From a virus, in IMG/VR virus record IMGVR_UViG_3300037502_002960, positions 1 to 64,000 of that record: 64,000 nt of DNA; one strand, given 5' to 3'. The translations under genes were made by a program, and so were the position numbers. Numbering within the stretch: position 1 is the stretch's first letter; each line of letters starts with the position of its first letter. Shown here one piece after another: positions 31,821 to 39,213 of the stretch. The notes beneath the pieces were generated by a model that did not search any database, was not told where the DNA came from, and saw only the letters and a program-made list of their open reading frames with translations.

Positions 31821-32333
31821 TTTTAACACCAAAAAGAATTTAGCGAGGGATTGCACCCTCGTTTTAAATTATAAACGCTTGTTTCGGTCACATTGGAATA
31901 TAATATTCTTGGTAGGTAGCTATCCTATCCTCCATATCATACTTTTTGCCCAAAAGTAGGGGTTTCACCTACAACACTCACATGGTTGCTAGAATTAAAA
32001 TATCAGCTCTCTACTGTATGTAATATAGTTAAAGCAGATTTATGCAAGTGTACTCAGTGCCGTCTTATAGTCTGTCACCAGACGTCAACTGCTTAAGTCT
32101 TTTAAGTTGTGGCGTGGAATTACTATTATTAACCACTCTTTGTCCTCCACTATCAACCCGACATCACTGATACCATAAGCTTACTTTATAATTTAAAAAT
32201 ATCTTATCTCATCGCTTTCTAGCTGTGACCATTGCTTAACCTTTTCAGATTTAATTTTTCAATGGTTGAGACAGATTACCTTATCGACTACCAATCGATT
32301 ACTCAGTCAGCTAAATTCTTTTTAGTGTTAAAA
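31821..32333 (-). ncRNA. ROOL-like large structured RNA (about 510 nt)
   Basis: 24-bp terminal helix (31821-31844/32310-32333, one G.U on the minus strand); nested 14-bp helix (31862-31875/32185-32198); GGUCAC/GUGACC pseudoknot; AGGAUAGCUACCU and GUGACCGAA motifs recalled from ROOL; located in a phage tRNA cluster. Confidence 0.65.
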
Positions 32334-32350
32334 ATAAAATTTAGGTAATT

Positions 32351-32393
32351 TGTGCAGGGAGCTGGATTTGAACCAGACTTTATGTTCCCTGCA
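32351..32393 (-). ncRNA. tRNA minihelix (acceptor stem plus T arm only)
   Basis: GCAGGGA-ACAUAAAGU-CUGG UUCAAAU CCAG-C-UCCCUGC-A. Confidence 0.55.
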
Positions 32394-32402
32394 TAATACA
32401 AG

Positions 32403-32711
32403 CGCCCCATAGATGATTCGAACATCTGACCCACGCTTTAGCTTACCAACTACAGTTTTCACTGCCACGTAGTGTTTGTGGTCTGGACTATAACTTCATC
32501 ATTTCAGATGCGACACGTTTAGTCTCTACGGAATCTCAACCAATAGTTTTACCTGCATAAGCCATTCAAACTATCTTGTTTCCTCGGTATTGCCATCAGC
32601 ATTATCTGTTAAGGTTTCACCGATACGGTGTCGTGCATTTCATAAGTTATTTTTCCCTATGAAAGCTCCTATAACTGAAGAGCGTTGCTCTATCCACTGA
32701 GCTAATGGGGC
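32403..32711 (-). tRNA. tRNA-Arg(UCU) interrupted by a group I intron (exons 32711-32678 and 32441-32403); no encoded CCA
   Basis: Spliced cloverleaf GCCCCAU/AUGGGGC; D loop with A20 (Arg identity); anticodon arm ACGCU-CUUCUAA-AGCGU; T loop UUCGAAU. Confidence 0.9.
32442..32677 (-). mobile_element. Group I intron (236 nt) inserted after U34 of tRNA-Arg(UCU)
   Basis: P1 CUU/GAG and P10 UAG/CUA; core AUCGGUGAAACCU..GGCAAUACCGAG; P7 GACUA/UAGUC; terminal G. Confidence 0.88.
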
Positions 32712-32732
32712 TTGATAAATTAATGCTATCTC

Positions 32733-33032
32733 GACTCAAAAAGCTACTTATGCCCCTTATCAAAGTTAAGTCAAGTATAGCCCTCTGCCTACTTAACTAG
32801 TATTTCAGCAGAAGTTTTTTGTGGCATCTTGTTTTAGCGACGCATCGCTTGATAAACTTGTGGTCAACAGTTTTAATCTTTAAAAATTACCCTACAGAAT
32901 AAACTGTAGTCCTAATCAGTAAAAACAAAACCTACACAAGAGCTTATGACCTATCTTGGTACGCTACTTATTGTAAGCGTGACAGGTACTATTTGAGCCA
33001 GACCTCTTATTAGTCGCATATCTGGTGGCGAC
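32733..33032 (-). ncRNA. Unassigned structured RNA of about 300 nt with several pseudoknots
   Basis: No ORF; 5' H-type pseudoknot, closing helix GGCUCAAA/UUUGAGUC, several internal helices (see findings). Confidence 0.5.
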
Positions 33033-33253
33033 AAATATTTGATATATATATTAACATAAGTTAATTTATATAAAAAATCAAGATTCTTTTGGGTTTCTGT
33101 CTAAACTTAAAACCATATAGTTTGAATTCCAAAAATTATATCTTTTTGAATTTAAACTATCTTCTTCTAGCCCTGTATCATAACTGTATGAACCTTTATA
33201 AGTTACACAGTCATTATAGAATGGTGTTTTTGCAGAGCCTTCTGTATCTTTTC

Positions 33254-33466
33254 TTAAATTGATTCTTCATATTCACCCAAGGATTCATATTCAAAATTGT
33301 CTTCTCCATATTTTCTAATTGCGGAGTAAAGTGGTCGATTTTCACATCTCTTTTTTCTACTGTCAATCAAATGTTGTTTAAATCTTTTTTCTACAGTTGA
33401 GAATGTTTTTCCTACATATTCTTTGCCATTAATCAAGTTTTTTATAACATAGATTGTTCCTTTCAA
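33254..33466 (-). pseudogene. Truncated GIY-YIG homing endonuclease
   Basis: GTIYVIKNLINGKEYVGKT..RFKQH, stops at 70 aa before the catalytic Glu helix, Asn and DNA-binding domain. Confidence 0.75.
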
Positions 33467-33538
33467 AAAAATTCCTCCGTTTTTAATTATATATGGATGG
33501 TTTTGAATACCAGAATCTCACCTTTAGATGATACTTTA

Positions 33539-33613
33539 TGGTGGACTTGGAGAATCCCGACATCTCAACCTTTCCCTTATGAGGGGAATGCTCTTCCTTT
33601 GAGCTACAAGTCC
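33539..33613 (-). tRNA. tRNA-Ile2 (CAU, lysidine type; Met not excluded), CCA encoded
   Basis: GGACUUG/CAAGUCC-A-CCA; anticodon arm UUCCC-CUCAUAA-GGGAA resembles phage Ile2 tRNAs; atypical T loop GUCGGGA. Confidence 0.8.
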
Positions 33614-33703
33614 AGAATAGCCATGAGCAACATGGCATAATCTAACCGATAAGTCGGTCGTTTACTTTATTATTCCTTGTAGAATAACACGATTAATCGT
33701 CTG

Positions 33704-33788
33704 AGTGTGGTGCAATGGGTCGAACATTGCAACTCAACATCTATAGGCTAGCCATAATGTTGCGCTTTTCCAATTAAGCTAACCACAC
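33704..33788 (-). ncRNA. tRNA-like RNA with extended anticodon arm
   Basis: Intact acceptor (GUGUGGU/ACCACAC), D arm and T arm (UUCGACC); the CAACA/UGUUG stem encloses 18 nt instead of 7. Confidence 0.7.
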
Positions 33789-33895
33789 ATAATTATGATG
33801 TCCGCCCACTTTAATCAACTTTTAAATAACAGAAAGTGGGGAGACACCAAGAAATAAGTTAACTCATTCAATAGTGATTTCTCACTATAAATAAC

Positions 33896-33924
33896 ATTAT
33901 ATCATAATATTTTATTTTTGTCAA
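33896..33924 (-). promoter_or_regulatory. SigmaA promoter for the tRNA/ncRNA island
   Basis: TTGACA-N17-TATAAT with TG extension. Confidence 0.8.
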
Positions 33925-33943
33925 GCATTTTGAAACATTATTT

Positions 33944-35152
33944 TTAAATATCCCCAAAAATTCTACTTGCTTCACTTCTAACGTCAATATCCAGTACTAC
34001 AATGCCAACATTCTTATTACCTTTAAGAGATTCTACGGCATGTTTTAATCCATTGTCTTTAGTGTACTTATACTCTGACTGATTAATATCACCACTAAAA
34101 GCAATAACAGAATTTTTTGCAATTCTTGTACCAACAAGTTTAATTTGTTTGATATCTAAATCTTCTGCCTCATCAACAAACATAAATGTGTCTTCAAAGC
34201 TCATGCCTTTAATATAAAAAGGAATCTCTTTATCCAAAACACCTCTCTGTTCTAGGTAAAAAGCTTCTTGTTCACCGCCATCAAGGTGCTGAACAATTGG
34301 TTTAAAGAAACCGTTTGTTTTTTCTCCTTTATCACCAGATAAGAACCCAATTTCCTCTCCACTGCCAATAGGATTTCTGATTACCATAATTTTAGACTGT
34401 TCACCTTTATCTAAAACAGAATGTAGTGCAACTTTTGTTGTTAAGAATGTTTTACCACTTCCATATGTACCTAGAATAAATTTAATTGGAATATCTTTGT
34501 TATTTAATAAGTCTAATGCGCACTCCTGTAAATCATTCTCTGGATTGATATGTTTAGATTTGTCATCCCATCTAGGTAATTTTAGTTTTACATGTTCTTC
34601 ACCATTCCATCTGTACTTGTCAACAGTTTCTTTATTTAAATTCCTAACAATCAAATACTGATTTACTAGTAGTTCATATTTATTATGATTTAAGTTTGAA
34701 TAAAATTCTGCCATTTCTTTGTCATCCATATCAACAAACTTGTAACCGCCATAAATATCATATAAAGATTCGTTTTCAACAAAAGCCATTTCAACACCAT
34801 ATTGCTTACACTTTTGTCTCAACAGTCTATCATTTGTAATCATCCCATAGCCTTTTTCGATTGCAATATTTAAAATAATATTATCAACATAATCTCCGTC
34901 AAGACCATCTTTTTCTTCAAACTTATAATCATTAATATCTTCAAACTCATACTCGTTTTCGTCTAATATACGTTTTAGATTTCTGATATTCCATTGTAGC
35001 GTACTATCAGATTTTCTTGTTCTCTCAAGATGTTCAATCTCTCTGTTAATATCAGATGGAATAACACAATCGTATTCTTTAATTACCTCTGGGTTTTTTA
35101 ACAAAACATTAGTATCAATAATATATTTCATAAACAGTCTCCTATTCGTCAA
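33944..35152 (-). CDS. phoH: PhoH-family ATPase with N-terminal PIN domain
   Basis: IIDTNVLL (PIN), GTYGSGKT (Walker A), IGFLSG, VDEAED, SGDINQ; probable start ATG at 35131. Confidence 0.9.
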   Translation of the reverse strand: MTNRRLFMKYIIDTNVLLKNPEVIKEYDCVIPSDINREIEHLERTRKSDSTLQWNIRNLKRILDENEYEFEDINDYKFEEKDGLDGDYVDNIILNIAIEKGYGMITNDRLLRQKCKQYGVEMAFVENESLYDIYGGYKFVDMDDKEMAEFYSNLNHNKYELLVNQYLIVRNLNKETVDKYRWNGEEHVKLKLPRWDDKSKHINPENDLQECALDLLNNKDIPIKFILGTYGSGKTFLTTKVALHSVLDKGEQSKIMVIRNPIGSGEEIGFLSGDKGEKTNGFFKPIVQHLDGGEQEAFYLEQRGVLDKEIPFYIKGMSFEDTFMFVDEAEDLDIKQIKLVGTRIAKNSVIAFSGDINQSEYKYTKDNGLKHAVESLKGNKNVGIVVLDIDVRSEASRIFGDI

Positions 35153-35459
35153 ACTCTCTTATATTTTTAAGACCTTCTTTAAGTTTCTTAGATGGTTCAA
35201 CAGACAACTTGTAATATTCATCTGTTTTCATATGCTCTTTTGTTATTGGGTTCATTATTTTTCTACTTTTAACTTTTTTAGTTGATAGAGAGAAAAGTTT
35301 AGTGTATTTGACTTTCTCACCAATCATAAGAGCTGTAATTATTTTTTCAGCTAAGACCTCAAGGATTAGGGCAACTTCTCCTTTTCTTATTCTAAGTTCA
35401 CGAACCCTGTCGTCACTCCAAACTTCGTGAACAAGTTCAGATAATTTCAATTTAATCAC
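35142..35459 (-). CDS. HU/IHF-like DNA-binding protein
   Basis: ALMIGEKV..F..KSRKIMNPITKEHM....PSKKLKE matches the HU arm pattern. Confidence 0.75.
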   Translation of the reverse strand: MIKLKLSELVHEVWSDDRVRELRIRKGEVALILEVLAEKIITALMIGEKVKYTKLFSLSTKKVKSRKIMNPITKEHMKTDEYYKLSVEPSKKLKEGLKNIREFDE

Positions 35460-35729
35460 CTACTTTTCTAACACATGAATTAATTCTGAATTTATCTGTT
35501 CTAAATCTTCATCATAAAATTCTAATTGATATTTGTCGTTTACAACAACGAAAATCTTGTCCATTAAACTTTCGTTTGTAAAGTCTTTTGTTTCTGTAGA
35601 TTTTCTAAAAACCTTATACTTAGACAGTGATTCATTTATTTTAAAAACTTTGTCCATAAAAGTAAATTCATTATCAATATTAACTACACACCATGTTTTA
35701 GCATTTTTATTAAAATTATTCTTCATCAT
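35460..35729 (-). CDS. Hypothetical protein
   Basis: 89 aa, coupled in the operon, RBS GAGG. Confidence 0.6.
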   Translation of the reverse strand: MMKNNFNKNAKTWCVVNIDNEFTFMDKVFKINESLSKYKVFRKSTETKDFTNESLMDKIFVVVNDKYQLEFYDEDLEQINSELIHVLEK

Positions 35730-36054
35730 AGCTTACCTCACCGAAAATCATTGTGGTTTGAGTTTTACTTAAATTTGAAAACGGTATTTCTTTTGAACCA
35801 TTTTTTAACCTATTAAGCTTGTTTCTACTCATAATATCTTTATCTTCAATCGTTTCACTAACATCTTCTTCCCTATGCCAAACTAAAAAATTAGCCATTC
35901 CCTCTAGCATATATCTTACCGAGTTGCCATCCCAATTATTATGTATTTCATCTTTCCAAATTTCAAGTATCTTTTCTACTAATTCAACTTTTTCAGACAA
36001 CTCAAGATTTTTATCTAAAAAAATCTTATTGCCATCTGGTAATTTAAGATTCAT
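35716..36054 (-). CDS. Hypothetical protein
   Basis: 112 aa, overlapping coupling, RBS GGGG. Confidence 0.65.
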   Translation of the reverse strand: MNLKLPDGNKIFLDKNLELSEKVELVEKILEIWKDEIHNNWDGNSVRYMLEGMANFLVWHREEDVSETIEDKDIMSRNKLNRLKNGSKEIPFSNLSKTQTTMIFGEVSYDEE

Positions 36055-36493
36055 CTTTGTCCACCCCGTGTTTTATGTAACCGCATTTATACATGGATTC
36101 TTTCCACATTTCATTATTTTTTGAAACTATTTTTTCAACTATCTTATCAAAATATTTATATATCCCTTGTTTACTAATCTTTTTTGTAATATTATATATA
36201 TCCGACAACGTGTGACCCTCGAACATCATATTTATAATCATGCGTTCGTTGTCATTAAATTTGCATCTTTTTATCGTATCCTCAAGAGAAACATAAAGCG
36301 CTATAACCTCTTGGTTTAGTTCTGAAATAGAACCTGCCTCATCAATACTAATCGCTATATTATCTATTCTTGGGTATGTTTTGTCAATACTTTCTCTATG
36401 TTTTATCAAATATTTTACTACATTGTGGTCGGATAATGTAAGAAGGTAATAATCTCTTTCTTTAGCTTTAATATCTATTGAGACAGAACCCAT
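36044..36493 (-). CDS. Sigma region-4-like HTH protein (possible late regulator)
   Basis: FNDNERMIINMMFEGHTLSDI..ISKQGIYKYFDKIVEKI resembles a sigma4 HTH. Confidence 0.6.
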   Translation of the reverse strand: MGSVSIDIKAKERDYYLLTLSDHNVVKYLIKHRESIDKTYPRIDNIAISIDEAGSISELNQEVIALYVSLEDTIKRCKFNDNERMIINMMFEGHTLSDIYNITKKISKQGIYKYFDKIVEKIVSKNNEMWKESMYKCGYIKHGVDKDES

Positions 36494-36523
36494 TTAAACA
36501 CCGCCCTTAATTATTATATATTA

Positions 36524-36626
36524 AGTATATCATTATTTTTTACTTTTGTCAAGTAAAAAATATACAATATTTCAAATATTCTGAATATTTTTTACCTTTG
36601 ACATAAATAAAAAATGATGTTATAAT
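36524..36626. promoter_or_regulatory. Divergent sigmaA promoter pair with a CodY-like triplet between the -35 boxes
   Basis: Minus: TTGACA(36552-36547)-N17-TATACT. Plus: TTGACA(36598)-N17-TATAAT(36621). AATATTTCA-AATATTCTG-AATATTTTT at 36566-36592. Confidence 0.75.
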
Positions 36627-36665
36627 CTTAGCAGGTAGTTAAAAAATAGACTTGGTGGTGAAATA

Positions 36666-37484
36666 TTGATTGAAATTTTGCATGAGATAAAGAGAATGTA
36701 TGGCGAGGCTTACATACAAGTACCAAATAAGATTTTCAAAAATATATCTTCTGTTACAAATGATTCTAGACAAAACTCATTTTGCTTTTCATATATAACT
36801 TTGTTAGGATTTCTGTATAAATATACTGCTTACGTAAATCCAAATTTAAATACATATGTACAGGCAAAAGATATAAAGACTTTATTGGGCTACAGTGAAA
36901 AAACAAAGACAATCAACAGGTTAATAAAGGAAAACGGTATTCTAGAGGACAAAGGTTTTATAAAAACAACAAAAAAGATACCTGTATACGTAAGTTATAG
37001 TGATGATGAAATAAACGGTTATAAAATTATAGAGTTTACAACATTAGATAATATAAAAAACAGAGAAGAATACGATATGTTTAAAAAAATTATAAAAAAC
37101 AGAAACTACAAAATTCAAGAACCGATATATCTTTTTAATGTTGACGGGAAACACGGTACTCTCTATGACTACTCTAACACATTTAAAATAAATATATCTG
37201 AGTTTATTAAATTTATCGAAAACAAAGAAATGGGTAACATGGACATTATGTTTTATTATTATATTAAAAGTCAAACACAGAACAAAAACCATAGAGTTGC
37301 CCCAATATCAATATCATTACTAGAAAAGAATATTGGTTTTTCTAATTCTTCAATCTACAAAACAATAACAAAACTAGAAAAGCTAAATTTAATTTCGGTT
37401 ACAAAGAAAGGTTGGCAAAACATAAAAGATGGTAATAACCCAGAGCCAAATGATTTTTTCTTGAGTTACTTTTTAAGCAGGTAG
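36666..37484 (+). CDS. Winged-HTH DNA-binding protein, putative replication initiator
   Basis: 272 aa; two HTH-like segments (DIKTLLGYSEKTKTINRLIK; SISLLEKNIGFSNSSIYKTITKLEKLNLI); followed by long palindromes. Confidence 0.5.
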   Translation: MIEILHEIKRMYGEAYIQVPNKIFKNISSVTNDSRQNSFCFSYITLLGFLYKYTAYVNPNLNTYVQAKDIKTLLGYSEKTKTINRLIKENGILEDKGFIKTTKKIPVYVSYSDDEINGYKIIEFTTLDNIKNREEYDMFKKIIKNRNYKIQEPIYLFNVDGKHGTLYDYSNTFKINISEFIKFIENKEMGNMDIMFYYYIKSQTQNKNHRVAPISISLLEKNIGFSNSSIYKTITKLEKLNLISVTKKGWQNIKDGNNPEPNDFFLSYFLSR

Positions 37485-37612
37485 CTAAAGTAGAGAAATA
37501 TAATATATTATCTATTAACTAATATATATTTAATTTAGATATATATAATATTAAGATATATATTAAGTGTATTATATTTCTCTGTTTAAGCTACCTCCTA
37601 AAAAAGTAACTC
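37463..37612. repeat. Long inverted repeat with AT-rich core, copy 1
   Basis: Arms of about 43 bp, GAGTTACTTTTTAAGCAGGTAGCTAAAGTAGAGAAATATAATA and its near complement. Confidence 0.9.
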
Positions 37613-37790
37613 TTATTTTTTATTATTTACCACATAAGCAATACTATATGTTAGTGCTGGTTTTGTTTTATTCTTATAACGTATATGAGGACAAAAATAA
37701 GGCTATTCTAGGCTGTTTAAAACGTTGTTTAATGTATTTTATCGTTGGATATTTAAAAACGCCTTAAACGGCTTTATTTTAATTCTCACA

Positions 37791-37930
37791 AGCAGGTAGC
37801 TAAAGTAGAGAAATATAATATATTTAATATATATATAACACTATATTAAATATATATCTAAATGTATTATATTAATATATATATAGTATATTATATTTCT
37901 CTACTTTAGCTACCTCCTTAGAAAGTAACT
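37791..37930. repeat. Long inverted repeat with AT-rich core, copy 2
   Basis: AGCAGGTAGCTAAAGTAGAGAAATATAATATA...TATATTATATTTCTCTACTTTAGCTACCTCCT. Confidence 0.9.
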
Positions 37931-38074
37931 TAAAATCCTTTTAAAACTGTTTTTAATTAATCTTGATAAATCATACTAAGAAGATATTAAAACGTCACTA
38001 CAGGCTTTATTTTAGCTCTCAAGCACATTTAAATGTCTCAGACAATGTAAAAATAAATATTTGTATTATTTTTC

Positions 38075-38103
38075 TTGACAAAAACAGAAAAGTATAATAT
38101 AAT
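38075..38103 (+). promoter_or_regulatory. SigmaA promoter
   Basis: TTGACA-N17-TATAAT; equivalent promoters at 39154, 41447, 43577 and (TTGACT) 46590. Confidence 0.75.
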
Positions 38104-38124
38104 AAAGTTATAATAACTTAGGAG

Positions 38125-39144
38125 ATGATATCTGTGGAAGAAAAAGTTGTCCAGTTTAATTCAGATAACGATAAAAATGTTTTTGGTTGTATAGAAACTT
38201 TTTTAAAGAGGGTTTCGCAAAATAGTGAAAATACAAGAGTGTCATATGAAAGAGCCATTAGAGAATTTTTCAAAACAATGAGAAATAAAAGTATTGAGGA
38301 TTTAGTAGAAAAAGATTTAATTTTTACAAAACCTCAAATTGAAAGATACCAAACAAATCTAAGAGATAAGGTTAAATCTACAACTGTAAACAATAAAATA
38401 TCTGCTATTAAAAAATGTTATACAAAACTCGAAGACTATGGATTTGATGTAAAGGCAAGCTGGTTTAATGTTGAAAGGTATAATGAGTTTGATAAAGAAT
38501 CTTATGATGCACTGACTCATCAAGAAGTTGTAGACATTATTAATTATATTTCTACAACGAGAAAAGGTATAGAAAAATCCCTTTTAATTAGAATGGCGTA
38601 TGCAACAGCATTTAGAAAGCAATCCCTACTAGATTTAAAATGGTCAGACCTAGAAAATATCGATGGTCAATGGTTTATAAAAACTTTGGGTAAAGGTAAT
38701 AAATGGGATTATAAAAAAATATCTGATGAGCTGTATAAAGATTTGATTGAAATGAAAGATAATATGAAAAAAGATAGAGAGAATATTTTTGAGATAACAG
38801 TGAAAACACTAAACAGAATGATGAATCAAGTTAGAGATAATTTTGATTTTGGTTCAAGGAATATTGTTTTTCACTCATTCAAAAAATCTAGCATTAAAGA
38901 GGTTGCTCTATTAACAAATTATGATTTAAAAGCTATGCAAAGACAAGGTAATCATTCAAATATTTCAACGACATTAAATGACTATATGTCTGAAAAATCT
39001 ATGGATGAACTTGTAGTGGTTGACACTAATTCAAAAATAGACCTATCTGTTTTTGACAGTATGTCTAAAGAGGATTTGTTAAATATGATTAAATCTTCTG
39101 ATAGAACAACTCAAATAAAACTTTTAAATACTATGAAATCTTAG
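38125..39144 (+). CDS. Tyrosine-recombinase-fold protein, SPbeta YopP-like
   Basis: SAM-like N-terminus (NTRVSYERAIREFF..TVNNKISAIK); TAFR, HSFKK (HxxK instead of HxxR), GNH, NDY. Confidence 0.75.
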   Translation: MISVEEKVVQFNSDNDKNVFGCIETFLKRVSQNSENTRVSYERAIREFFKTMRNKSIEDLVEKDLIFTKPQIERYQTNLRDKVKSTTVNNKISAIKKCYTKLEDYGFDVKASWFNVERYNEFDKESYDALTHQEVVDIINYISTTRKGIEKSLLIRMAYATAFRKQSLLDLKWSDLENIDGQWFIKTLGKGNKWDYKKISDELYKDLIEMKDNMKKDRENIFEITVKTLNRMMNQVRDNFDFGSRNIVFHSFKKSSIKEVALLTNYDLKAMQRQGNHSNISTTLNDYMSEKSMDELVVVDTNSKIDLSVFDSMSKEDLLNMIKSSDRTTQIKLLNTMKS

Positions 39145-39213
39145 AATTTTTTGTTGACAGGCAAAAATAATAATGATATAATAGTATTAAAATAAAAGGG
39201 GCGGTGAAAGTTA

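Noticed and set aside
32403-32711. Amber suppressor tRNA (CUA) produced by splicing after U33, which could read the terminase TAG
   Set aside because: That junction gives a 6-nt loop; P1 CUU/GAG, P10 and A20 all fit Arg(UCU) spliced after U34.
33746-33753. CUA at the tip of the tRNA-like RNA acting as a suppressor anticodon
   Set aside because: The arm is too long and lacks the U33 / 7-nt loop geometry needed for decoding.
37567-37767. 66-aa ORF between the palindromes
   Set aside because: Starts inside a repeat arm, with no RBS.
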